Notes under the pieces: model-generated
Seen by the model: the letters and a program-made list of their open reading frames with translations, nothing else
Databases searched by the model: none
Told to the model about the DNA's origin: nothing
Program-made: the position numbers and the translations under genes
DNA from: an uncultured bacterium
Lineage (GTDB): Bacteria; Patescibacteriota; Minisyncoccia; Phycocordibacterales; DATDWN01
Assembly: GCA_903861205.1 (NCBI GenBank)
Contig: CAIOTC010000003.1
Coordinates: forward strand, 7,964 to 71,963
DNA length: 64,000 nt
Direction: 5' to 3'
In this document: positions 48,617-58,305 of the stretch, piece by piece
Layout of the letters: every line of letters starts with the position of its first letter
Position numbering within the stretch: the first letter of the stretch is position 1

Positions 48617-50035
48617 ATGATCGATTTAAAAAATCTGACAATTAAAAAAGCCCACGAACACTTTTCAAAGAAGGATTTTTCGGCGCGAGAATTGGCGGAA
48701 AGTTATTTGAAAAATATCGAGAGCAAAAATCCGGAAATAAACGCATATTTGGAAGTGTACGACGACGTTTTGGCGCAAGCCGGCGAAGCAGACAAAAAAA
48801 TTGCTTCCGGAAATTTTGATGTATTGACTGGGATTCCGCTAGGTATCAAAGACAACATTTTGATCGATGGCAAAAAAGCGACATCGGCTTCAAAAATTTT
48901 AGCCGGATACGTTGCGCCGTACGATGCCACTGTTATAAAAAAGTTGAAAGCGCAATCTGCTGTTTTTCTGGGCCGGACGAACATGGACGAATTTGCCATG
49001 GGTGGCTCAACCGAAAACTCGGCCTTTGGCGTGGTCAAAAATCCGCTCGACATCTCGCGTGTGGCCGGTGGTTCTTCCGGCGGTTCGGTGGCGGCGGTGG
49101 CCATGGGAGGCAGCCTCGGCGCGCTTGGCTCGGACACCGGTGGCTCGGTGCGCGAACCGGCGGCTTTTTGCGGTGTGGTTGGGCTCAAGCCGACATACGG
49201 CGGAGTTTCGCGTTACGGACTGATGGCCATGGGTTCGTCGCTTGACGTCATCGGACCGGTGACGAAAACCGTGACCGACTCGGAGATTTTGTTTGATGCC
49301 ATAAAAGGTGCGGACAAAATGGACAGCACAACACATTCTCTAAACTCTAATCTCAAATCTCTAAACTCTAAAACTATCGGAGTGCCGTATCACATTTTGG
49401 AACAAGAGGGAATCGATCCGGAAGTCAAAAAAAATTTTAATGATTCGATAAAAAAATTGCAGGATTTGGGTTACGAAATAAAAGACATAAAATTGCCGAA
49501 CATCGAATATTCTCTGGCTGTTTATTACATTATTATGCCGGCCGAGGTGTCTTCAAATATGGCGCGCTTTGACGGCGTTAAGTACGGCTTGCACGTTGAA
49601 GGTGGAAAAAATTTGCTCGAAGATTATCTCAAAACTCGCGGCGCAGGTTTCGGTCCGGAAGTTCGTCGCCGAATTTTGATCGGCACATACGTTCTCTCGG
49701 CCGGTTATGCTGATGCTTATTACAACAAAGCATTGATGCTCCGCCAAAAAATTTCCGACGATTTCAAAAAAGCTTTTGCCGAAGTTGACGTCATCGCCAC
49801 ACCGACTGCTCCATGCCCAGCTTTCAAAATCGGCGAAAAAAGCGACCCACTTTCCATGTATCTGGCCGATATTTTCACTGTCACAGCCAACATTGTCGGC
49901 ATTCCGGCCATTTCCATTCCATCCGGCACCGTCCCTGCCGGTGACAAAAATTTGCCCGTCGGCTTGCAAATCATGGCGCCCCACGACCACGAGCCATTTC
50001 TCTTTGACCTCGGCAAAAAATTCCTCGGGGAGTGA
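48617..50035 (+). CDS. gatA: Asp/Glu-tRNA amidotransferase subunit A
   Basis: IKDN, TNMDEFAMG, GGSSGGS, GSDTGGS, EVRRRILIG. Confidence 0.97.
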   Translation: MIDLKNLTIKKAHEHFSKKDFSARELAESYLKNIESKNPEINAYLEVYDDVLAQAGEADKKIASGNFDVLTGIPLGIKDNILIDGKKATSASKILAGYVAPYDATVIKKLKAQSAVFLGRTNMDEFAMGGSTENSAFGVVKNPLDISRVAGGSSGGSVAAVAMGGSLGALGSDTGGSVREPAAFCGVVGLKPTYGGVSRYGLMAMGSSLDVIGPVTKTVTDSEILFDAIKGADKMDSTTHSLNSNLKSLNSKTIGVPYHILEQEGIDPEVKKNFNDSIKKLQDLGYEIKDIKLPNIEYSLAVYYIIMPAEVSSNMARFDGVKYGLHVEGGKNLLEDYLKTRGAGFGPEVRRRILIGTYVLSAGYADAYYNKALMLRQKISDDFKKAFAEVDVIATPTAPCPAFKIGEKSDPLSMYLADIFTVTANIVGIPAISIPSGTVPAGDKNLPVGLQIMAPHDHEPFLFDLGKKFLGE

Positions 50036-50082
50036 TTTTGATTATAAATATGGTATACTAGCGAGTGGAAAAGGAGGGAACA

Positions 50083-50325
50083 ATGAGTGAGCTGAATGTT
50101 GAGATAACGAAAGATGCAAGGGCATGTCTAAATTATGACGACCCTGATAGCTTAATTGTGCTCGACTTGTTGCGTGGTGCCGGCTACGGTGTTCGTAGCG
50201 TTTTCGTTGAGGGGTTATCGAAGCCTCGCGTTATCGTCAAGTCCGGAACATACTCTGGTTTGAAGCAGATTAGACAGATGATAGAAGCTGACAGTCAGAG
50301 AAATCAGACAAAAGAAGCTGGTTGA
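50083..50325 (+). CDS. small orphan protein (possibly a thioredoxin-like fragment)
   Basis: TGGTATACT promoter, AAGGAGG Shine-Dalgarno, downstream hairpin. Confidence 0.55.
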   Translation: MSELNVEITKDARACLNYDDPDSLIVLDLLRGAGYGVRSVFVEGLSKPRVIVKSGTYSGLKQIRQMIEADSQRNQTKEAG

Positions 50326-50423
50326 TTTGAGCGGGGGTGTTGGTGTAGGAACCGACGCCCTTTTCTTTTGGCCGAGAAAGTTTGTGGTATAATAAAACGA
50401 AGAATTAAAACTAATTTCAAAAT

Positions 50424-51491
50424 ATGGAAAATAATATTGTTCCACCAATTGAATCTTCTCAAAATCTACCGATTACTGATCCAAATCCAATAGAACAAAA
50501 ACCTCGCGGAAACGCTTTTCTGCTTACTCTGACATTTCTCCTCATTCTCTCTGGAATTTTCGGCGTTTGGTATTTCTCGCATCCATTGCTGGATGATGAT
50601 TTTGGAACTGCGACAACTGATCAATTCGCTGGTTGGAAAACGTACAGAAGTGACCAGTATGGGTTTGAATTTAAATATCCAGAAAATCTGGTGTCTAAAG
50701 GAAAAAGTATAAATTCTAATAATGTTATACAGGTCGGTTATGCCTCAATGGAACTTGCGAGTAGTTCACCAGAAAATGGTTTAACTGCTGATTTAGTGTT
50801 TAATATTTTTGAAAATCCAAAACACCTTGCAATGAAGGATTATTTTACCAACAAAAATAATTATTTTTGGCCTGATGTTTTTACATCTAGCACTACTATG
50901 CAAACAACTGTTGTGGATGGCAGAAATGCAGTTTATTATAATGTTGAAAGCGAGTATGATTTCAAAGAAATTATATTGAATGATAATTACAGATTTATCA
51001 GAGTTCAGGATTTTGGGGATGGCAAATTTGTCAATCAAATTCTCTCCACATTCAAATTCATTTCAACTTCGACTTCGGCGGTTGACATGAGTGGGTGGGA
51101 GACATATACAAACAGTCAGTATGGGTTTGAATTTAAATATCCACAAAACTTCAGTGTAACGTTAGATTCTTACGGAAATGTTAGTGTTATGGATCTAAGG
51201 GAAAATTATTTTGATTTAAATTTTGGTGTTTTAACAAAATGGGTATCCCCGGCTGATAGCCAGTATATTGAGCAAAAAACTGATGGATATAATTCTAATA
51301 ATATTTTATATCACAAGTATTTTCAGATACTTGGTTCCAGCAACGAATATCATTATTTTCTAATGAAAGACAAAAGTCTTGGTGTTGATGCAAGCTATAC
51401 GCACGAAAGATCAAATGATATTGGGCTGAGTTTAAATCCTAACGAAAAAGAATTTAATCAAATCCTCTCCACTTTCAAATTCACGAAATAG
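50424..51491 (+). CDS. membrane-anchored protein with two PsbP-like repeats
   Basis: Duplicated GW.TY...QYGFEFKYP ... NQILSTFKF. Confidence 0.8.
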   Translation: MENNIVPPIESSQNLPITDPNPIEQKPRGNAFLLTLTFLLILSGIFGVWYFSHPLLDDDFGTATTDQFAGWKTYRSDQYGFEFKYPENLVSKGKSINSNNVIQVGYASMELASSSPENGLTADLVFNIFENPKHLAMKDYFTNKNNYFWPDVFTSSTTMQTTVVDGRNAVYYNVESEYDFKEIILNDNYRFIRVQDFGDGKFVNQILSTFKFISTSTSAVDMSGWETYTNSQYGFEFKYPQNFSVTLDSYGNVSVMDLRENYFDLNFGVLTKWVSPADSQYIEQKTDGYNSNNILYHKYFQILGSSNEYHYFLMKDKSLGVDASYTHERSNDIGLSLNPNEKEFNQILSTFKFTK

Positions 51492-51517
51492 ATTTTGTAT
51501 AATTTATAACTATTCCC

Positions 51518-52468
51518 ATGGCCGACGCAAAAAAACCAGACAAAAAAGATGCCAAGCCGGCGACGGCGAAAAGCGATCCGTTTGCGGAAATTGTGACGTG
51601 GATTTTTTTGGCTTTTCTGGCCATGTATATGATCAACGGTTTTGCGCAAATGTTTTCAAACGGGACGTTTTCTCACGGTTGGCAGGGACTCACTCCGCAT
51701 GGCATTATCGCGGCGCATACCCAACCGGTTTCTTTTCTAGAAAATCCCATTGGTACGCGGGTTGTTTCGATGAGCGACGACACTTCGGTTTACGATTCTC
51801 CAGGCGGAAAAGAAATCGGCACGCAACCGTTTAACTCTCGCGGCAAAATTTTGCAGGGTTATGTCGAAGTGAACGGCCAGAAATATTGGTACGTCGATTT
51901 CGACAATGGCAGTGACGGCTGGGTCAGGGAAAGCGACATCGCCAACTTGCAAAGTGAGCCGACGATGTTTGAAAAAATTTTGCTGTGGGGTTGGTCCGTC
52001 ATTCCGTCCGTCAAAATATTTTCCGTGCTTTTTTCTCTGGCGCTCATGTTGTTTGCGGCGTACGTCGTCGTGAAATTGACTGAGATCAGAAAAAATCAGC
52101 ACGCCCTTTTGTATCCCGCTTCCGCCGAATCGGCCGGAGAAAACATCGGGATTGTCAATCCGAAATGGGAAAAAATTCTGGCGCAGATCGAATCGCTGAA
52201 CGAAAACGACTGGAAGCTGGCTGTGATCGAAGCGGATACGATGCTCGCCGATATTTTGGACAAACTTCATTTGCCCGGCGAGACGATGGGGGACAAAATG
52301 AAAGCGGTGGAGAAAAGCGATTTTACGACCATCGACATGGCGTGGGAAGCGCACAAAATCCGCAACCAAATCGCCCACGAAGGCAGCGATTTCGTCCTAG
52401 TTCAGCGCGAAGCCCGCCGCGTCATCGCTCTCTACCAAGCCGTTTTCGAGGAGTTTCAGATAATTTGA
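51518..52468 (+). CDS. two-TM protein with SH3b-like extracytoplasmic domain and conserved helical C-terminus
   Basis: YWYVDFDNGSDGWV; AVIEAD..L, AWEAHKIRNQIAHEG. Confidence 0.75.
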   Translation: MADAKKPDKKDAKPATAKSDPFAEIVTWIFLAFLAMYMINGFAQMFSNGTFSHGWQGLTPHGIIAAHTQPVSFLENPIGTRVVSMSDDTSVYDSPGGKEIGTQPFNSRGKILQGYVEVNGQKYWYVDFDNGSDGWVRESDIANLQSEPTMFEKILLWGWSVIPSVKIFSVLFSLALMLFAAYVVVKLTEIRKNQHALLYPASAESAGENIGIVNPKWEKILAQIESLNENDWKLAVIEADTMLADILDKLHLPGETMGDKMKAVEKSDFTTIDMAWEAHKIRNQIAHEGSDFVLVQREARRVIALYQAVFEEFQII

Positions 52469-52541
52469 ACACGTAATTTGAACACGAAAAGTGGATAATT
52501 CGAGTTGATTTTGACGTTAAAGTATGATAGCATTCGTCCAC

Positions 52542-52612
52542 AGCGGGATAGAGTAGCAGTAACTCGCGGGGCCCATAACCCTGAAACTCACGTGCAAGTC
52601 GTGATCCCGCAA
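52542..52612 (+). tRNA. initiator tRNA-fMet (CAT)
   Basis: 1:72 mismatch, GGG/CCC anticodon stem, CAT anticodon; atypical T-loop TGCAAGT. Confidence 0.85.
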
Positions 52613-52707
52613 CAAGTATGAAAAAACACCCATAATGGGTGTTTTTTCATACTTGTTGCGGGATAGCGCTTGTTTTTATTCACTTGTTATATTATATTGT
52701 TTGTGCA

Positions 52708-52778
52708 GCCGGCGTAGTTCAATGGTAGAACGGGGGACTCATAAGCCTCAAAAAATGGTTCAATTCCATTCGCCGGCA
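52708..52778 (+). tRNA. tRNA with CAT anticodon (probably elongator Met)
   Basis: GCCGGCG/CGCCGGC acceptor stem, CTCATAA loop, GGTTCAATTCC T-arm. Confidence 0.85.
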
Positions 52779-52857
52779 CAAATTTATTTTCTAGTTTAGT
52801 GTGTGAATTGTGGATAACCAGTTAGTCAAATACCCTGTCACTATGTATAATATTATC

Positions 52858-53529
52858 GTGTATTCATATAAAAAAGTAAATAAAAATTTTTTCAAAAAAT
52901 GGTCATTTGAAATGGCATACGTTTTGGGATTTTTTGCTGCAGACGGATATATTACTGTAAATAGACGTGGAGGGCAGTTTTGGTGCTTTGATATTGGAGA
53001 CGAAAAATTAATAAAACAAATCAGAAAAACTATTAAATCTACCCACAAAATTAGCACAAGAAAAAGAAGTGATGGAAAGTATACAACTTATCGTTTGCAG
53101 ATTGGTAGCTCGGAAATGTGCGATGATTTACGTAGATTGGGTTTCAGCGAATGTAAAACAAACAACTTAGCTATACCGTACATTCCAAAAAAATATTTTT
53201 CTGATTTTGTAAGAGGGTATTTTGATGGTGATGGGCATGTGTGGGTTGCATATATAAACAAAAATAGAAAAAAACAAACTTTAGTAATTAATACTGGTTT
53301 TACATCGTGTTCCCTTAAGTTTCTTGAAGCACTTAATGATAGACTTGAAGTTTTTAATTCAGGTAAAGGTACAATAAGACAGGGAAATGGAAATTCTTAC
53401 CGTTTGAATTTTAATATAACTGGCTCTTTGAATTTGTACAAATTTATGTATAATGGTATGGACGAGTCTGATTTGTTTTTAAGCAGAAAAAAAGTAGTTT
53501 TCGAAAAGTTTATAAAAATGCGGTTGTAG
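52858..53529 (+). CDS. free-standing double-motif LAGLIDADG homing endonuclease
   Basis: AYVLGFFAADG and DFVRGYFDGDG motifs; GTG start inferred from -10 spacing. Confidence 0.88.
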   Translation: MYSYKKVNKNFFKKWSFEMAYVLGFFAADGYITVNRRGGQFWCFDIGDEKLIKQIRKTIKSTHKISTRKRSDGKYTTYRLQIGSSEMCDDLRRLGFSECKTNNLAIPYIPKKYFSDFVRGYFDGDGHVWVAYINKNRKKQTLVINTGFTSCSLKFLEALNDRLEVFNSGKGTIRQGNGNSYRLNFNITGSLNLYKFMYNGMDESDLFLSRKKVVFEKFIKMRL

Positions 53530-53591
53530 CTCAACGGTAGAGCACCCGCCTGTCACGCGGGAGGCCGTGGGGTCAGCACCCATCAGCCGCG
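53520..53591 (+). tRNA. tRNA-Asp (GTC)
   Basis: GCGGTTG/CAGCCGC acceptor stem, CCCGC-CTGTCAC-GCGGG anticodon arm; atypical T-loop GTCAGCA. Confidence 0.88.
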
Positions 53592-55190
53592 CAATATAAG
53601 ATTAATCTTGTCAAGGGACGCTTCAACGGCGTCTCCTTTGGCTTTTTTCAGTTCCCACTCTGATATAGCGGCCTCTACGACTTTTTTCTTTTTTGTAATC
53701 GGAATAAACCATTTCATGGTGTCAATACTGAGTTTTCCGTCGGTTAGCTTGCAGTTCCCACCCATACCTAAAAATACTTCTTTTTTAGTTTGAAGATCAC
53801 CTTTATCAAATTTTTCTTTCGCCTTGCAAGCAAAATTAAATGTCTTTTCTGCCAGTTCCTGCCAGCTATCTGTTCTGTGTTCTGTTTGTTTTACACTTTG
53901 TCGCAGTGAAATAATTTCACTTTTCAGTCTTCTTTTTTCTTTCAAAAATTCTTCGTCGTCAATTAGTCTTCTGTATCGCATTTGAGTCAATTGATCCATG
54001 TCACTTTGTGTGGCATCGAGTGTCTTCTGTTGAGATGTAGCAACTATTTTTCTGTCGTTGATTTCAACATCATTACTTTTTTTGATAATATCAATTGCCC
54101 AATCTTTGAACTGAGGAATAATAGTAATTTCCTCAAGTTTCGCTTTTATTTGTTTTTCAAGCGATCTTCCAGTAGTGTAATGATTTTGTCCGCACTTACT
54201 ACCTTTATTTCTTCGCATACAGTAGTAGTACTCAAAAGTGGCAATTTTACCTGTACTTTTTATTATCTTTTTCTTCTCGATGGCAGTTACACTACCCCCG
54301 CACTCGCCGCATTTAATAATGCCAGTAAAAGCATGTTCGTGTTTTTTAGGACGAGGTTTACCTTTCTTTCCAAGAATTATCTGAGCTTTATCGAATTCTT
54401 CTTTAGTTATCATTGGTTCATGACGACCCTCATACCACTCACCGCCATACTTGAACATTCCAGTGTAAAAAGCGTTTGAAAATAATTCAAATATACTGCT
54501 ACGGCCAATAGGGCCACCACCACTTCTTTTTGTCTTTCGTGTTCTTATTCCCCACGCATTATTCATGATTTCCAATATCTGTGTGGGGTTATACGCATCA
54601 GAAAGAAGCAAGTCCCAAGCTTTTCTCACTAAATCAAATCTCTCAGGATCTTTCTTTATGGAATTCTCTCCACGACTTTCAAATTTTGTGTTGAGGTAAC
54701 CTATGGGGGCAACGATAGGGGCCATGCCTTTTGCAAGTTTGCTATCAATTCCTCTTTTAACATTTCGCTTCATGTCTCTGATAAACTGATTTGAAGAAGC
54801 ATTTTCAACGCTAATAACCACAGCATTATCGTCTGGCAAATATTCTCGGTTCATCGTTTGAATTGATTTGATAACTTCTTTCTGTAGTAGCCACTGAATT
54901 GTGGCACTGTCTATTGGATTTCGTGAAAGGCGATTCATCTCCCAGCACAAAATTCCATTTGCCTCACCTCTATTGATTCTTTTTATCAGTTCGTCAAAAA
55001 CTTTTCGGACATACGGTTCTTTTGCTGATTTTGATTCAAATAAAATATCCACGATTTCTAAATCCTTCGCTTTGGCAAGAATTTTCAAGCGGTCTATTTG
55101 ATCGTCGATTGACTGTATCTGCCTGTCCGACGACTCGGAACTTTTGCGAGCATAAAGCAGATATTTAATTTTCTCAGTTGAATTTAACAT
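53583..55190 (-). CDS. large serine recombinase (integrase)
   Basis: YARKSS catalytic motif, RLSRN, recombinase domain, CGECG zinc ribbon, coiled coil. Confidence 0.95.
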   Translation of the reverse strand: MLNSTEKIKYLLYARKSSESSDRQIQSIDDQIDRLKILAKAKDLEIVDILFESKSAKEPYVRKVFDELIKRINRGEANGILCWEMNRLSRNPIDSATIQWLLQKEVIKSIQTMNREYLPDDNAVVISVENASSNQFIRDMKRNVKRGIDSKLAKGMAPIVAPIGYLNTKFESRGENSIKKDPERFDLVRKAWDLLLSDAYNPTQILEIMNNAWGIRTRKTKRSGGGPIGRSSIFELFSNAFYTGMFKYGGEWYEGRHEPMITKEEFDKAQIILGKKGKPRPKKHEHAFTGIIKCGECGGSVTAIEKKKIIKSTGKIATFEYYYCMRRNKGSKCGQNHYTTGRSLEKQIKAKLEEITIIPQFKDWAIDIIKKSNDVEINDRKIVATSQQKTLDATQSDMDQLTQMRYRRLIDDEEFLKEKRRLKSEIISLRQSVKQTEHRTDSWQELAEKTFNFACKAKEKFDKGDLQTKKEVFLGMGGNCKLTDGKLSIDTMKWFIPITKKKKVVEAAISEWELKKAKGDAVEASLDKINLILRG

Positions 55191-55264
55191 TTTGTTTTGT
55201 GGTTAATTATAGTTCCAATAAATGAATTTTGGTAGCTGTTAGGATGTTAATAAGAAGTTGATAA

Positions 55265-57703
55265 CTACCATGGCAAATCAATCTCTTCATCTCCAGACGA
55301 ATCTTCTACCGATGCGACGATGGTTTCGGCAGGGCTATTTTCTTTAAGTATATTTTCTTGTTCCTCTGATTCTGTCGGTGCATCGGTGCTAGGCATTTCA
55401 GCTTTAACTTCCATAGTTACACTTTCACCAGTCAAAGGGTTGTAAATATTTTCAATATTTTCTTCAGGATTATCTAGGATAAGATCTTCGATAGAAGGCA
55501 AGAAGGTATCGCCAGGTAGTTCCTTTGCTTCAAGCTTGAATTCGGCACCTTTTGGCCCTTTGCTGTCAGTCACAACAGTCGTATAGCCCTTCTTGCTGGC
55601 AGGCTTCATCCACTTTGCCACTGTGTCTCTGTCCCATCCCAACTTTTTTGCCAATTGAGTTATAGTGAAAGTCTCATCACTACTAGGTGGAAATCCATCA
55701 ACATCGTCTTCTGTGACAATTATGTGAGCCATTTCAATCAGCTCTATGGTTTTCTCAGGCAATTCATAAATTGACTTGGACAAAGAATCCTCAACTATTA
55801 TTTTTGCGATATAAGCATCAGCTAAAGTAGCTTTAATATATTTTTTGCCATACAACTCAATTTTCTCTCGTTGTTTCTGGTGCAAAAACGCCACTGATTC
55901 CACTATTGCAAGGAAGTGTCCATAATCTCGTCTCGTGCGAACAATATGGTTAGGAAAATATTTTCTGAAACTTTTAACAAATGGAATATAGACAGGCATT
56001 TCTTCCAAAACTAGCTGGGCATTTTGCCATGGCTTGATTTCCTCATCACTTATCGGCTGTCTGCCTGTGTAACGGGCATCGACAGATTCATAGACACGAC
56101 TAGTCTGTTCAGAGCTTTGATCTGGAAACATAGATATATTTCGTGTGTCATTTTCAGCGTGGATATATGAAGCTGTGGTAGTGGTAACGAAGCCTGTAGG
56201 GCCTTCCTTTTCTATTGTTTGTGCTTCAAACTGTCCAGTATCAGGATTTTTTATTGTAACCTGAATTTTCAGTTTGCCTTCAGATTGAAGTGTTCGAATG
56301 GCATAGTCTGCTCGTTCACCGCCATGTTTTTCAAATATAACAATTATTTTGTGCTTGAAATGATCTTCTTCGCAGTAGAAAAAACTCTGAGGTGTGGCAT
56401 CAGTCAAATCAATGTAAGCGGATTTTGGAAACAACTTTATCGTAGTGAGCAATGTATATGACTTGCCAGAAGAACTATCACCTTTGACTGTTGCCGAAAG
56501 TGGATTTTTCAATTTTCGTGAAGTGAAAATAATATAGTGAAGCAAAACATTTTTTTCTTCACCAACAACACCTAACTTTTTAACCATTTGAAGAATGTCA
56601 AAAAGTAGGGTGGGGGATTTCAGTATTTTTTCTGCAGTTTGTTTTTCTTCCTCTGTCATTTCAGGTTCTGTTTCAAGTTGCTCCGCTTTTTTCTTTGCTT
56701 CTGTAACTTTTAAAATAAAATTGTATTTCATTTTTCTGAAATGTTTGATAATCAAATTCACATCTTTCGGTTTAATATCCAATTCAGTTTTTACTTTGTT
56801 ACGAATATATATTTCCGCTTCTTCTAAACTATCGCCTGAAACTAGTATTTCAAACAGTGGTGTTAGCACATTCAAGATAGATTCTTTAGGTGTATCTTTT
56901 GGTATTCTGCTCAACACAAGATTACATTGTTCCATAACAGATTCACTTTTTACGGCTTCAGTGGGGTATTTTCTGACACTCTCAAAAATACTGCGAAGTT
57001 CTTTTTCTTCCAGAGGTTCAGGTAGTCTATTATTACGAGCCACGACTGAATCCCAACCCGCAGTGTTCCACAACTCAATAGGAAGCTCATGCAGTATCTT
57101 TCCTGTGTAGGAAGTCATAGCGTTGCTTCTTGAACCCTCGACTATTTCATCAGGTTCTTTTTGCCAAAGCTTTACATCTTTTTTATCATCTTGCTGTTTA
57201 TCAAATTCAGCTTTTAGCCATACTGGAATATCAGCAACTTCTGCATCATCTGGGCTAACCGTCCATTCATATCTATTGCCACTCAAATGTAATGATGGGG
57301 CGACTACTACATATCCACCGTCTGCCTTTACATCAATTCCTACACCAAAAAGTTGTCCATTTGTGCTTTTGATAAACTTGCCAGGATATTTGAAAAAGAA
57401 ATGTTCACCACCACCGCCTGTTCTAGAACAAACGGTAGGTGGAATTTGGAATTCTTTTGAACTTCTATTGTGTTTGGCATCAATGTCAAAAACAACTAAG
57501 CTGGAAACTTTGCCTGTTGCTATACCTATGTTGGCATCAGGATTGTTTTTCCATAATAATGCCAGTTCTTCATCAGAAGCAATTTCAGTCTGATATTTTT
57601 TCCAGTCACAGAGAGGGATTTTATTTTTGCCAACTGGAAAAGGACTCCAACCTATACTGCGGTAATAAAGTGCCCACTCAAGATTTGTTTTTGTATTATC
57701 CAT
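55265..57703 (-). CDS. bifunctional primase-polymerase fused to PriCT-like and P-loop NTPase domains
   Basis: NIGIATG, VFDID, RTGGGGEH, GGYVVVAPS.H.SG..Y.W; EGSRS; GDSSSGKS Walker A. Confidence 0.88.
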   Translation of the reverse strand: MDNTKTNLEWALYYRSIGWSPFPVGKNKIPLCDWKKYQTEIASDEELALLWKNNPDANIGIATGKVSSLVVFDIDAKHNRSSKEFQIPPTVCSRTGGGGEHFFFKYPGKFIKSTNGQLFGVGIDVKADGGYVVVAPSLHLSGNRYEWTVSPDDAEVADIPVWLKAEFDKQQDDKKDVKLWQKEPDEIVEGSRSNAMTSYTGKILHELPIELWNTAGWDSVVARNNRLPEPLEEKELRSIFESVRKYPTEAVKSESVMEQCNLVLSRIPKDTPKESILNVLTPLFEILVSGDSLEEAEIYIRNKVKTELDIKPKDVNLIIKHFRKMKYNFILKVTEAKKKAEQLETEPEMTEEEKQTAEKILKSPTLLFDILQMVKKLGVVGEEKNVLLHYIIFTSRKLKNPLSATVKGDSSSGKSYTLLTTIKLFPKSAYIDLTDATPQSFFYCEEDHFKHKIIVIFEKHGGERADYAIRTLQSEGKLKIQVTIKNPDTGQFEAQTIEKEGPTGFVTTTTASYIHAENDTRNISMFPDQSSEQTSRVYESVDARYTGRQPISDEEIKPWQNAQLVLEEMPVYIPFVKSFRKYFPNHIVRTRRDYGHFLAIVESVAFLHQKQREKIELYGKKYIKATLADAYIAKIIVEDSLSKSIYELPEKTIELIEMAHIIVTEDDVDGFPPSSDETFTITQLAKKLGWDRDTVAKWMKPASKKGYTTVVTDSKGPKGAEFKLEAKELPGDTFLPSIEDLILDNPEENIENIYNPLTGESVTMEVKAEMPSTDAPTESEEQENILKENSPAETIVASVEDSSGDEEIDLPW

Positions 57704-57859
57704 TGTTGTTTCGGTTATATTTTTTAATGTTGGTATTGCACATCTTTATTATTTTGTTAGGAATAAAGTTATTTTCTCGTGCAATGCGATTAAATTTTTT
57801 TAGTGACATCCAACTTGGGCCACTGTTTTCTACTCTTCTATAAAACTTCCTTAGGTTTG

Positions 57860-58060
57860 TCATATAATTTTGTTATTATGATTAACTATTAATTTTGGTT
57901 CTAAAACTTTTTCGTCACATGGTTTATCACACAAAAGCAACATAAAGCGGACGAGCTTCATGCCTTCTTGGCGAGCGTCTTCTACGCTTAGATCAATTCC
58001 AAAATGATCCTTGTAAAGGGCTTGGAATTTTGCTATGTCGCTGTCTGTGAGTTGAACCAT
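57860..58060 (-). CDS. small hypothetical protein
   Basis: MVQLTDSDIAKFQALYKDHFGIDLS..DA...G.KLV; ATG at 58060. Confidence 0.7.
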   Translation of the reverse strand: MVQLTDSDIAKFQALYKDHFGIDLSVEDARQEGMKLVRFMLLLCDKPCDEKVLEPKLIVNHNNKII

Positions 58061-58305
58061 GTTTTTGTTGATAATGTTTATAATTCGACTTTCATGGTTA
58101 GCTGGCATTTGCCAAATATGGAAGTCAAGTGGAAACAAATAGATTGTGGAAAGCAAAAATACCGCTATGTTAAGCGGTATCCCTACTCTTCACTTTTTTG
58201 GTTTATTTTTTTTACTATTTCAATTCTGGAAAAATTTTTGAAATATTGTTGTATTAAGCCACAGAAAAAATCCAGAATTCAAAAACACTGGATTTTTTGA
58301 CTTTA

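Noticed and set aside
157-50035. Alternative genetic code (TGA read as Gly)
   Set aside because: Conserved genes are uninterrupted in code 11, and rplP, rplR and gatA end at TGA at the expected lengths.
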